IMG/VR virus record: IMGVR_UViG_3300021961_000252
Span: 1-38,109 of that record
Reading direction: 5' to 3' (one strand)
DNA from: a virus
Taxonomy: Duplodnaviria; Caudoviricetes
Length of the DNA: 38,109 bases
Part shown: positions 1-8,730 of the stretch, piece by piece
Layout of the letters: each line of letters begins with the position of its first letter
Position numbering within the stretch: position 1 is the first letter of the stretch
Notes under the pieces: model-generated
Told to the model about the DNA's origin: nothing
What the model saw: only the letters and a program-made list of their open reading frames with translations
The model's database searches: none
Translations under genes and position numbers: made by a program

Positions 1-1
1 C

Positions 2-127
2 GGGGCGCAGTCTGAACCTGTTTACGTCACGCCATCGCTTCTGTTCCTGCACGGCTGGACGTTCACCCTGACGAAGAATTTTGGGACTGACCGCACCATC
101 AACTGGTCCATCCGGTCGGTCGCATAA
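2..127 (+). CDS. Partial CDS (3' end), hypothetical virion/fibre-module protein
   Basis: Open frame from window start: GAQSEPVYVTPSLLFLHGWTFTLTKNFGTDRTINWSIRSVA*; TAA abuts next ATG at 128; GC-rich. Confidence 0.7.
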   Translation, partial: GAQSEPVYVTPSLLFLHGWTFTLTKNFGTDRTINWSIRSVA

Positions 128-748
128 ATGATCTGGTGGGGGCCGCTACTTCAGGGCGGGGCACAGTTACAGGCTGGAGGTGGTACAGACGCCCTTACAG
201 CTAACGACCTTCAGAGTCTTTCACAACTCTCAACCCCTGCTGTAGGGCAAACACATGCTTTGTTGGCTAATGACCTTCAAAGCCTTTCCCAGCTCTCTCA
301 GCCAGAATTAACTTCTAGTGGTGGTCTGCTAGCTAATGACCTCCAAAGCACATCTAGTGTTCAAACAGTCACTCTTGGTCAAAAGCATGTTCTTCTTGCT
401 AATGACCTCCAAAGCACATCCAGTGTTCAGACTGTTACTCTTGGTCAGAAGCACAATCTGCTGGCTGATGACCTTCAAAGTACCTCGGATGTCCAAACAG
501 TCACTCTTGGTATAAAACATAATCTTTTAGCTAACGATCTCCAAAGTCTTTCTCAACTATCGTTACCAACGATTGACCGCAGTGGAGTTACTTTTGCACT
601 TTTTGCAAATGATCTTGAAAGCGCAACTCAACTCTCAATCCCTGTGCTTAGGCAAAAGAGACAGGTTAATTATGCTACAAGCGTAACAATCGCCTCGCTT
701 AACGGCGTAACTTTTTATCACAACGGCGGCAAATGGTACGGATATTAA
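128..748 (+). CDS. Virion-associated protein with ~22-aa tandem repeats (LLANDLQS...)
   Basis: About 7 copies of (L/F)xA(N/D)DL(Q/E)S; near-identical 66-bp units at ~332-530; lies in structural arm. Confidence 0.75.
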   Translation: MIWWGPLLQGGAQLQAGGGTDALTANDLQSLSQLSTPAVGQTHALLANDLQSLSQLSQPELTSSGGLLANDLQSTSSVQTVTLGQKHVLLANDLQSTSSVQTVTLGQKHNLLADDLQSTSDVQTVTLGIKHNLLANDLQSLSQLSLPTIDRSGVTFALFANDLESATQLSIPVLRQKRQVNYATSVTIASLNGVTFYHNGGKWYGY

Positions 749-753
749 CAAAT

Positions 754-897
754 ATGCTAACTCAACGTGAACTTCAAAACCTGGTAGATCAAATCAACAA
801 TAAGTTTGATCAGCTTCGATCAGACCTTAAAGATCTTAGGGAAGAACTTGAATCCCTAAAATCTAGGAAACCAACAAATGCCAATCAGAAAGGTTAA
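754..897 (+). CDS. Small coiled-coil protein (47 aa, MLTQRELQNLVDQINNKF...)
   Basis: Read manually (below ORF-track cutoff); heptad Leu pattern; fills the gap between genes. Confidence 0.7.
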   Translation: MLTQRELQNLVDQINNKFDQLRSDLKDLREELESLKSRKPTNANQKG

Positions 898-1021
898 AGA
901 AGGTTACAAATGGGGTAAAAGCGGTAAAGTTTATCCCACTCGTAAGGGAGCAGAGAAACAAGCACAAGCGGCTTACGCCTCTGGATATAAGAAAGATAAA
1001 CCAAAAAAAAGAAGTAATTGA
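878..1021 (+). CDS. Small basic phage protein (47 aa, MPIRKVKEGYKWGKSGKVY...)
   Basis: Read manually; AGGA upstream; Lys-rich type often seen in phage structural regions. Confidence 0.7.
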   Translation: MPIRKVKEGYKWGKSGKVYPTRKGAEKQAQAAYASGYKKDKPKKRSN

Positions 1022-1046
1022 TTTTACTTTTTATATGTGATATAAT
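1018..1046 (+). promoter_or_regulatory. Sigma70-like promoter for head genes
   Basis: TTGATT(1018-1023)-N17-TATAAT(1041-1046) with TG extended -10; AAGGAGA RBS before GTG at 1080. Confidence 0.7.
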
Positions 1047-1079
1047 TTGAGGATACACAATCCATATTAAGGAGAAATT

Positions 1080-1319
1080 GTGGAAAAAGAAACTGAAATG
1101 TATTACAACAATTATTTTGATCTTTTTCGGACGCCTGGTTGGGCGCAATTCGTTGAAGAGTTCAAGCAGAACGCTAATGTAATTAATTCCGTAGAGCATG
1201 TTAAAGATGCCGAGGAGCTTTTCTTCAAGAAAGGTCAATTGACTGTTCTTGCAATGGTCCTAAACCTCGAAGCATACATTAATCAAGGATTCAAGGATGC
1301 CTCCTCTACGGATGTATGA
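1080..1319 (+). CDS. Hypothetical protein upstream of scaffold
   Basis: 79 aa, strong RBS, GTG start. Confidence 0.75.
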   Translation: MEKETEMYYNNYFDLFRTPGWAQFVEEFKQNANVINSVEHVKDAEELFFKKGQLTVLAMVLNLEAYINQGFKDASSTDV

Positions 1320-1521
1320 TTTTCAATGCAGTGAGGATCACATCTTTGAGGCGCTAGTAGAAAATCCAAAAGAACTAGTGTCTTGCCCACGATGCGCTTC
1401 TCACTCCAACAGAATTATCAGCCCCATTCGTTCCATCCTTGATCCACTTAGTTTTCCCACAAGTGAATCAAAGTGGATTAGGGAACACGAAAGAGCGGGC
1501 TCAAAAGGAAGATCCGACTAG
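1297..1521 (+). CDS. FmdB-like zinc-ribbon protein
   Basis: YDFQCxxxH...CPRC...RIIS pattern. Confidence 0.7.
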   Translation: MPPLRMYDFQCSEDHIFEALVENPKELVSCPRCASHSNRIISPIRSILDPLSFPTSESKWIREHERAGSKGRSD

Positions 1522-1584
1522 TTGCTCGGCAAATCTTTCTTAAACAACCTCCATAATGTGAAATAACCACGGAGCAAAAGACTA

Positions 1585-2388
1585 ATGGGTAGAGCACTCC
1601 TACTTGACGAACTTGAGGAGAGTTTGAACGCAGATGAAATTCAGGATCCTTCACAGGACACCCCTGATATTCAAGATTTTCAACAACCAGTAGAACAAGA
1701 AATTGAAGAAGAACTCCCTGATCGATATCGGGGCAAGAGTGTTAAAGATCTTGTTCGCATGCACCAGGAAGCTGAAAAGCTGATTGGAAAGCATGGTTCT
1801 GAAGTTGGTGAACTTCGGAAAATTGTTGATCAATATATTCAGACACAACTCCAAGCGAACAAACAAAATGAGCCTGAAGAACAACTTGAAGAAGTTGATT
1901 TCTTCGTTGACCCTAAGACCGCTGTAAAGCAGGAGATCGAGAACCACCCAAGCATCAAGCAGGCCAAACAGTACACTGAAGAAGCCCGAAAGGCTGCTGC
2001 TTTGTCTGTTGTTAAGAATAAGCATCCTGAAATGGAAGATATTCTTAAAGATCCTAACTTTGCTGCTTGGATTCAATCAAGCAAGATCAGAACGCAACTG
2101 TTTGTAATGGCCGATCAACGGTACGATGCAGACGCTGCTGATGAGTTGTTTAGTTTGTGGAAAGATCGCCAGCAGACTGTCCAAAACACAGCTACGGTTG
2201 AAAAGGCAGCACGCCGTGATGCTTTGAAGTCAGCCAGTACTGGAACTGTTAGGGGTAGTGCAGAACAAAGGGCCAAGAAAAAGTTTCGTAGGGCTGACAT
2301 CATTAATCTAATGAAAACCGACCCCGCACGCTATGAAGCTTTGCAACCTGAAATTATGCAAGCCTACGCTGAAGGGAGGGTTATTTAA
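1585..2388 (+). CDS. Capsid scaffolding protein
   Basis: Acidic, helical; immediately upstream of MCP; ends AYAEGRVI. Confidence 0.8.
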   Translation: MGRALLLDELEESLNADEIQDPSQDTPDIQDFQQPVEQEIEEELPDRYRGKSVKDLVRMHQEAEKLIGKHGSEVGELRKIVDQYIQTQLQANKQNEPEEQLEEVDFFVDPKTAVKQEIENHPSIKQAKQYTEEARKAAALSVVKNKHPEMEDILKDPNFAAWIQSSKIRTQLFVMADQRYDADAADELFSLWKDRQQTVQNTATVEKAARRDALKSASTGTVRGSAEQRAKKKFRRADIINLMKTDPARYEALQPEIMQAYAEGRVI

Positions 2389-2415
2389 CTTTAACTTTTG
2401 AGGTAATTTAAGAAA

Positions 2416-3417
2416 ATGGCTGGTGAAAGTTCTCAAGTATATCCTACAGCTAACTCGTTTGTAGACAAAACAGCAGCAGATAAATTTATTCCAGAGATTT
2501 GGAGCGATGAGATTATCGCTTCTTATCAAAAGAATCTGAAGCTGTCCCCTCTGGTCAAGAAGATGACCATGAAGGGCAAGAAGGGCGATCTGATCCACGT
2601 TCCCAAACCCGTCCGTGGGGCGGCTTCGGCAAAGCAAGAAGCTGTCGCAGTAACGATCCAGGCTAACCTTGAGTCTGAACTCACGATCAACATTAACCGA
2701 CACTTTGAATACTCGCGTCTGGTTGAGGACATTGTTGAAGTTCAGGCACTGTCGAGTCTTCGTCGTTTCTACACGGAAGATGCTGGTTACCAACTGGCGC
2801 TTCGGGTTGACACTGACCTGTTTAGTGCCTCTACGGGTTTTGGTAACGGCACGCTGACTTTGGCCCCGACGGATACGGGAACTAGCTGGGCAAGCAACAA
2901 TGCAGTGTACTACATCGATGCTTCCACGGGCCTGACTGCCTATGCAGTAGACACCGTGATCGACACTGATGTATTTACTGATGCAGGCTTCCGTGCGCTG
3001 ATCAAGAAGATGGATGACAACGATGTGCCGATGGATGGCCGTGCATTTGTTGTCCCCCCGGCACTGCGTTCGGCAATCATGGGCATTGACCGTTACGTGT
3101 CCTCGGACTTCCGTGACGCACGTACCGTACAATCGGGCCTGATTGGTTCGGTTTATGGTATTGATGTTTATGTATCCTCGAACTGCCCCACGATTGAAAC
3201 CGCAGCAGCCAACACGGCGGCTGGTAACAGTGTTGCAATCCGTGGTGCTCTTCTGTTCCACAAGGAAGCTATTGTTCTTGCAGAGCAGATGGCTGTTCGT
3301 TCGCAGACGCAGTACAAGCAGGAATACCTGTCCACCCTGTTCACTGCTGACACGCTTTATGGTGTACAAGTCTATCGCCCCGAAGCAGGTTTTGTTCTTG
3401 CAGTTAACGACCTGTAA
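2416..3417 (+). CDS. Major capsid protein
   Basis: 333 aa; FIPEIWS N-terminus, GDLIHVP, ADTLYG..YRPE C-terminus; GAGG RBS; followed by terminator. Confidence 0.9.
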   Translation: MAGESSQVYPTANSFVDKTAADKFIPEIWSDEIIASYQKNLKLSPLVKKMTMKGKKGDLIHVPKPVRGAASAKQEAVAVTIQANLESELTININRHFEYSRLVEDIVEVQALSSLRRFYTEDAGYQLALRVDTDLFSASTGFGNGTLTLAPTDTGTSWASNNAVYYIDASTGLTAYAVDTVIDTDVFTDAGFRALIKKMDDNDVPMDGRAFVVPPALRSAIMGIDRYVSSDFRDARTVQSGLIGSVYGIDVYVSSNCPTIETAAANTAAGNSVAIRGALLFHKEAIVLAEQMAVRSQTQYKQEYLSTLFTADTLYGVQVYRPEAGFVLAVNDL

Positions 3418-3433
3418 GTAAAACCAATTAAGT

Positions 3434-3481
3434 AGGCAGGGAGAAACTCTACACCAAGAGAAGTACCCCTGCCTTCTTTTT
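3434..3481 (+). terminator. Rho-independent terminator after MCP
   Basis: AGGCAGGG(3434-3441)/CCCTGCCT(3467-3474) stem with inner CTCT/AGAG, then TCTTTTT. Confidence 0.7.
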
Positions 3482-3500
3482 ATCATTAAGGGTAGTACTT

Positions 3501-3779
3501 ATGACGCCTGAAGATAGGCTCTCCAGAATTGAAAACAAGCTAGATAAGCTAACCGAAGCAATTTTGACAATTGCTAGGGTTGAAGAAAAGGTTCTTGCTT
3601 CAAATGAAAAAATACAAAAGATTGAAGATAGGGTTGAAAAGCAAGAGCAGTCCATTGGGGAGCTGATCTCTAAGGTGGCTGTAAATACAAAGCAAGTATC
3701 ATTCTTTGAAAGAGCACTCTGGTTTTGTTTGGCTACGCTGGCAAGTTTTGCCACTTATTACATTAAGGTAAGCAACTAA
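3501..3779 (+). CDS. Coiled-coil protein with C-terminal TM helix (XhlA/holin-like)
   Basis: Heptad N-terminus, hydrophobic ALWFCLATLASFATYYI tail. Confidence 0.6.
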   Translation: MTPEDRLSRIENKLDKLTEAILTIARVEEKVLASNEKIQKIEDRVEKQEQSIGELISKVAVNTKQVSFFERALWFCLATLASFATYYIKVSN

Positions 3780-6700
3780 TGTCAAATTATACCAAGGCTA
3801 CTAATTTCACAGCCAAAGACTCACTTCCTTCCGGTGATTCTCAAAAGATTGTTCGTGGTGCTGAGTTTGATACTGAATTTAATGCCATTGAAACGGCAGT
3901 CAACTCTAAGGTGGATAAGTCAGGCGACACATCCCCTTTTGTCAACCTTGCAGTTAATGTTACTGGCACTCTTCCCGTAGCCAATGGCGGCACCAGTTTA
4001 TCTAGCTACACGATAGGTGATATTCTTTATGCTTCAGGAGCAACTGCTCTGTCAAAGCTGGCAGGCGTTGCTACAGGTAACTCTATTATCTCTGGGGGTG
4101 TAGGCACTGCCCCCTCTTGGGGTAAGATCGGTCTCACCACACATGTCTCAGGCACCCTGCCAATCGCCAATGGTGGCACAGGGTCTACCTCAGCTGCTTA
4201 TTGCAGTCTTATCACCAATGTAACCGGAACTCTCCCAATTGCTAACGGTGGTACTGGTAGCGCTTCAACAACCTATTGCAGCCTAACGGCTAACGTAACT
4301 GGAACCTTACCAGTAGCCAACGGAGGCACTGGTGTTGCTAGTTACACTATCGGTGACATTCTATACGCCTCTGGCTCTAATACCCTCTCAAAGTTGGCTG
4401 ATGTAGCCACAGGAAACTCTCTCGTCTCAGGTGGTGTAGGAGTAGCACCTTCTTGGGGCAAAATTGGTCTTACTACACATGTTTCTGGTACGTTGCCTAT
4501 TGCTAATGGCGGTACGGGAACGACGGCTACCGCCTATTGCAGCCTCACTAGTAACGTCACTGGAACTCTTCCTGCTGCCAATGGTGGTACTGGACTTGCT
4601 AGCTATGCTGTGGGTGACCTGCTGTACGCATCTGGCTCTACGGCTATCAGTGCCCTTGCTGACGTAGCTACTGGAAGTGCTCTCATCTCGGGTGGGGTTG
4701 GTGTTGCTCCTTCGTGGGGTAAAGTAGGACTTGCTACTCATGTCAGCGGAACTCTTCCCATTGCCAACGGTGGAACTGGAAGCACATCTACCACCTATTG
4801 CAGTCTTACCACGAATGTCACAGGAACTCTCCCCATTGCCAATGGAGGCACCGGATCTACTTCCACCGCGTATTGCAGCCTGACGACTAATGTCACAGGA
4901 ACTCTTCCTGCAACTAACGGCGGTACTGGCAACACCAGCTACACCATTGGTGACCTCCTATACGCCTCTGGCTCCACTACTCTCTCCAAATTGGCTGATG
5001 TAGCCACTGGAAACACCCTTATTTCCGGCGGGGTAGGGGTAGCACCCTCTTGGGGCAAAGTAGGTCTTAATACGCATGTCTCAGGAACTCTCCCTGTAGC
5101 CAACGGCGGTACGGGTCAGACCTCCTACACCGACGGTCAGCTCCTCATTGGTAACACCACGGGCAACACACTGACCAAGGGAACGCTTACTGCGGGTTCT
5201 GGTATTAACATCATCAATGGTGGTGGCACTATCACCATTGAGGCAATCACAGGTGGTGTTGGTACGGTTACCAGTGTAGGAGTCTCAGGCGGCACCACAG
5301 GCATCACTGTCTCAGGTAGCCCTGTGACCACCAGCGGTACGATTACCTTGGGAGGAACCCTTGTGGCTGCTAATGGCGGTACTGGACAAAGCAGTTATGC
5401 TATAGGCGATCTTCTCTATGCTTCCACCACCAGTGATCTTTCCAAACTGGCAGATGTAGCTACGGGTAATACCCTTCTCTCTGGAGGTGTTAATACTGCA
5501 CCTGCGTGGGGTAAGGTTGGCTTGACCACTCACGTATCAGGAACCCTTCCTATTGCTAATGGCGGTACAGGCTCTACCTCAACCACCTATTGCAGTTTGG
5601 CTTCAAATGTCACTGGTACACTACCTATTGCCAACGGAGGCACAGGTCTCACTAGTTACACCACGGGTGATCTTGTTTACGCATCAGGATCAACCACTCT
5701 TGCAAAGCTGGCTGATGTTGCCACGGGCAACTCCCTAATTTCTGGTGGTGTTGGTGTGGCTCCGTCCTGGGGCAAGATTGGTCTAACGACTCATGTCTCT
5801 GGAACCCTACCTGCTGCAAATGGAGGTACGGGTCTTGCTAATTACACAGTTGGTGACTTGGTTTATGCCTCTGGCTCAACCACCCTTGCAAAACTGACAG
5901 CCCCTGTAAGTGGCAATGCTCTTATCAGTAATGGTACAGGCACTGCACCTTCTTGGGGTAAAATCGACCTCACAACCACAGTATCCAATACCCTCCCTGT
6001 GGGCAATGGCGGCACAGGTCTGACTAGTTACACCACAGGTGACATCCTTTTGGCAACTGGAGCAAGCACCATTGGTGTTCTTTCTGATGTTGCTGCTGGT
6101 AGTGCCATTATCTCTGGCGGTGTAGGAGCAAATCCCCAGTGGGGCAAGATTGGAATGTCTACTCATGTAGAAGGCGTTCTTCCTATAGCCAATGGTGGCA
6201 CTGGAACTTCCAGTTCTACCTTCGTTAATCTTGCAACGAATGTAACTGGAACCCTTGCTACCAACAACGGTGGTACGGGTAACAGTTCTTACACTGTTGG
6301 TGATCTTCTGTATGCTTCAGGGTCCACTACCCTTTCTAAACTAGCTGACGTTGCTACAGGGAATAGTCTGATCTCTGGAGGTGTTGGAGTAGCACCCTCA
6401 TGGGGCAAGGTAGGGCTTACCACCCATGTCTCAGGTACTCTTCCTGTAGCCAATGGTGGGACCGGGCAAACCTCGTATACCGATGGTCAATTGCTTATTG
6501 GAAATACGCTAACGGGCGCTTTGACGAAGTCTACCTTGACCGCTGGGACAAATGTTACAATTACGAACTCCAACGGTGCGATCACCATTGCAGCAGCTGG
6601 CGGCGGGAGTGGTACGGTCACCAGTGTCGGATTTTCGACAGGTAGCACGGGGCTCACCGTTTCTGGAACAAATCCAATAACCACTACCGGAACTTTTACG

Positions 6701-7486
6701 CTGGGCGGGACGGTTGCGGTAGCCGCTGGTGGAACGGGGGCAAGTACTGCGGCAGACGCTCGAACGGTGTTTGATGTTCCCACTCGCACAGGAGGGGATG
6801 CGTCGGGGACATGGGGTATTTCTATTACTGGAAATGCCGCAACGGTAACCAATGGTGTTTATCTAACGGGTAATCAAACGATTGGTGGCATCAAAACCTT
6901 CAGTAGCACTATCTCCGGATCTATTGACGGGAATGCCGCAACCGTCACAAACGGGGTTTATACGACAGGTAATCAAACGATTGCGGGTACGAAGACGTTC
7001 AGCAGCACAATCTCCGGATCAGTCAGTGGTACGGCATCGAACGTCACCGGCACGGTTGCAGTAGCCAATGGTGGTACTGGTGTAACTACTTCAACGGGCT
7101 CTGGCTCTGTTGTTCTCAACACCAACCCAACCATCGATGGTGCAACCTTCACGGGCAATGCTCAGACTACTCCTGTAGCTGTCACTTTCAGTGCTACTGC
7201 AATGTCGTTGAACTGTGTTGACTCTAACGTGTTCACCACTACCTTCACTGCAAACGTAACTACGGCACCCACTGTCTCTAACCCTCAAGATGGTCAAACT
7301 ATTAATTGGTTTATCACTCAAGATGCCACTGGTAGTAGAACAATGACATGGCCCACTAGTTTTAAGTGGCCGGGTGGTACGGCAGGTGTCTTGAGCACGG
7401 CTGCTAATTCTGTAGATCTCCTTGTAGCCACGTATAGGTCTGCTACTGGCTTTTGGTATGCAACTCTTGCAAAGGACTTCAAGTAA
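3779..7486 (+). CDS. Long tail fibre with GTLPxxNGGTG-bounded repeat modules
   Basis: 1235 aa; N-terminal anchor (YTKATNF..KD...EFDTEFNAI); ~20 NGGTG-type motifs; C-terminal QDATGSRT-WP domain. Confidence 0.88.
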   Translation: MSNYTKATNFTAKDSLPSGDSQKIVRGAEFDTEFNAIETAVNSKVDKSGDTSPFVNLAVNVTGTLPVANGGTSLSSYTIGDILYASGATALSKLAGVATGNSIISGGVGTAPSWGKIGLTTHVSGTLPIANGGTGSTSAAYCSLITNVTGTLPIANGGTGSASTTYCSLTANVTGTLPVANGGTGVASYTIGDILYASGSNTLSKLADVATGNSLVSGGVGVAPSWGKIGLTTHVSGTLPIANGGTGTTATAYCSLTSNVTGTLPAANGGTGLASYAVGDLLYASGSTAISALADVATGSALISGGVGVAPSWGKVGLATHVSGTLPIANGGTGSTSTTYCSLTTNVTGTLPIANGGTGSTSTAYCSLTTNVTGTLPATNGGTGNTSYTIGDLLYASGSTTLSKLADVATGNTLISGGVGVAPSWGKVGLNTHVSGTLPVANGGTGQTSYTDGQLLIGNTTGNTLTKGTLTAGSGINIINGGGTITIEAITGGVGTVTSVGVSGGTTGITVSGSPVTTSGTITLGGTLVAANGGTGQSSYAIGDLLYASTTSDLSKLADVATGNTLLSGGVNTAPAWGKVGLTTHVSGTLPIANGGTGSTSTTYCSLASNVTGTLPIANGGTGLTSYTTGDLVYASGSTTLAKLADVATGNSLISGGVGVAPSWGKIGLTTHVSGTLPAANGGTGLANYTVGDLVYASGSTTLAKLTAPVSGNALISNGTGTAPSWGKIDLTTTVSNTLPVGNGGTGLTSYTTGDILLATGASTIGVLSDVAAGSAIISGGVGANPQWGKIGMSTHVEGVLPIANGGTGTSSSTFVNLATNVTGTLATNNGGTGNSSYTVGDLLYASGSTTLSKLADVATGNSLISGGVGVAPSWGKVGLTTHVSGTLPVANGGTGQTSYTDGQLLIGNTLTGALTKSTLTAGTNVTITNSNGAITIAAAGGGSGTVTSVGFSTGSTGLTVSGTNPITTTGTFTLGGTVAVAAGGTGASTAADARTVFDVPTRTGGDASGTWGISITGNAATVTNGVYLTGNQTIGGIKTFSSTISGSIDGNAATVTNGVYTTGNQTIAGTKTFSSTISGSVSGTASNVTGTVAVANGGTGVTTSTGSGSVVLNTNPTIDGATFTGNAQTTPVAVTFSATAMSLNCVDSNVFTTTFTANVTTAPTVSNPQDGQTINWFITQDATGSRTMTWPTSFKWPGGTAGVLSTAANSVDLLVATYRSATGFWYATLAKDFK

Positions 7487-8088
7487 TGAGCTTTGCCTCT
7501 AGAACCCTTGGTTACCTTGGTGGTTTCACTCCAGTAACCAATGATTTTACTTCAGGCTCTGGAACAGTAACCATCCCCACTGGTGCCACTACTATGGTCG
7601 TTGAGATCTGGGGTGGTGGTGGTGGAGGTGGGGATGATAATGGATCTGTTGGTGGTGGTGGTGGCGCTTCAGGCGCATATGCTAAAAGTAGTTTTACCGT
7701 AACCTCTAACGCAGGACAAACTGTTGGTTATGTAGTAGGTGCTGGTGGTGGTACTAATATAGGAGGTTCGGGCTCATCAGGCGGGCAGTCTACTGCTGGA
7801 GCTTCTGGTACTTACACGATGACCGATATGCTGTCTTTGTCTGCGGGACCAGGGCTTCCCGGTACATTAGGCGGCGCAGGCGGCACCGCTACTACCCCTA
7901 CTGGCGGTAACGTCACTAACACTTCAGGTGCTAATGGTAGCGCACAGTCTGCCGGTGTTGGTGGAGCAGGCGGCGCAGCACGTTCTGGAGATGGTGGAGC
8001 AACTGCCGGGGCTGGGGGTAACGGCGCTAGTGCTGGCGGTTCACCAACTTCGGGCAGTGCTGGGCGTGTAAGGTTTGTTTTCACTTAA
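7486..8088 (+). CDS. Glycine-rich domain protein, probable fibre-tip adhesin
   Basis: Start moved to ATG overlapping fibre stop (TAATG); VEIWGGGGGGG, GGASGAY, VGAGG, GSAGRVRF motifs. Confidence 0.75.
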   Translation: MSFASRTLGYLGGFTPVTNDFTSGSGTVTIPTGATTMVVEIWGGGGGGGDDNGSVGGGGGASGAYAKSSFTVTSNAGQTVGYVVGAGGGTNIGGSGSSGGQSTAGASGTYTMTDMLSLSAGPGLPGTLGGAGGTATTPTGGNVTNTSGANGSAQSAGVGGAGGAARSGDGGATAGAGGNGASAGGSPTSGSAGRVRFVFT

Positions 8089-8098
8089 AGGAAATATT

Positions 8099-8323
8099 AT
8101 GGATTTTTTTATTTATATAGTTATTGGATGCGTTGTAATTCTTTTTTGTGCCTATGTTCTGAATACTCATCGACGTAAACCTAATCCTAAGCCAAACAGT
8201 GACCCTATCCCACCGCCTCCAAATCCAATTGTTGTTGAAATGGCCTTGGCTGCCCATAAGGATTCAGTGGATGCTGTTCTTGGTAAGACACCTAGTCCTG
8301 CTGACAATAAAAATAAAGAGTAA
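8099..8323 (+). CDS. Small membrane protein with Pro-rich tail
   Basis: AAGGA RBS, N-terminal TM (FFIYIVIGCVVILFCAYVL), then HRRKPNPKP..PPPP. Confidence 0.65.
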   Translation: MDFFIYIVIGCVVILFCAYVLNTHRRKPNPKPNSDPIPPPPNPIVVEMALAAHKDSVDAVLGKTPSPADNKNKE

Positions 8324-8325
8324 CA

Positions 8326-8730
8326 ATGCAGCTCTTTAACCTTATTCAGTCCATCTTTAAGCCCGCTGTAGAACTCATTGACAATGTACACACAAGTCAA
8401 GAGGAAAAGCTACAACACAAAGAGCGACTCTTGCTTACTCAAGCTACAGTAATCGATCAAGTTCTTAAGTATGAGAAAGAGTCCTTTGAAGCAAGGGCAA
8501 AGATTATCGAGGCAGAAGCTAAATCTGAACACTGGCTAACTGCAGTATGGAGGCCTATCACCATGCTGACTTTCTTGGCTTTGTGTGTTGGAGATAGCCT
8601 AGGGCTTCTTAGCACCCCTCTTAGGGATGAGGCGTGGACTTTGCTTCAGTTGGGTCTTGGTGGTTATGTTGTGGGTAGAAGTGCTGAAAAGATTACTAAA
8701 TCTGTGTTAGGCCAATCAAAAGATGTATAA
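8326..8730 (+). CDS. 3TM holin (GTA_holin_3TM-like)
   Basis: EAKSEHW...WRP...[14 protein letters not shown] signature. Confidence 0.8.
   Translation: MQLFNLIQSIFKPAVELIDNVHTSQEEKLQHKERLLLTQATVIDQVLKYEKESFEARAKIIEAEAKSEHWLTAVWRPITMLTFLALCVGDSLGLLSTPLRDEAWTLLQLGLGGYVVGRSAEKITKSVLGQSKDV

Noticed and set aside
894-1238. 114-aa minus-strand ORF
   Set aside because: Crosses a promoter and two better plus-strand genes.
2308-3486. 392-aa antisense ORF
   Set aside because: Shadow of the major capsid gene; no motifs or RBS.
3779-8088. Diversity-generating retroelement or invertible fibre cassette
   Set aside because: No reverse transcriptase, invertase or adenine-specific TR/VR pair seen.
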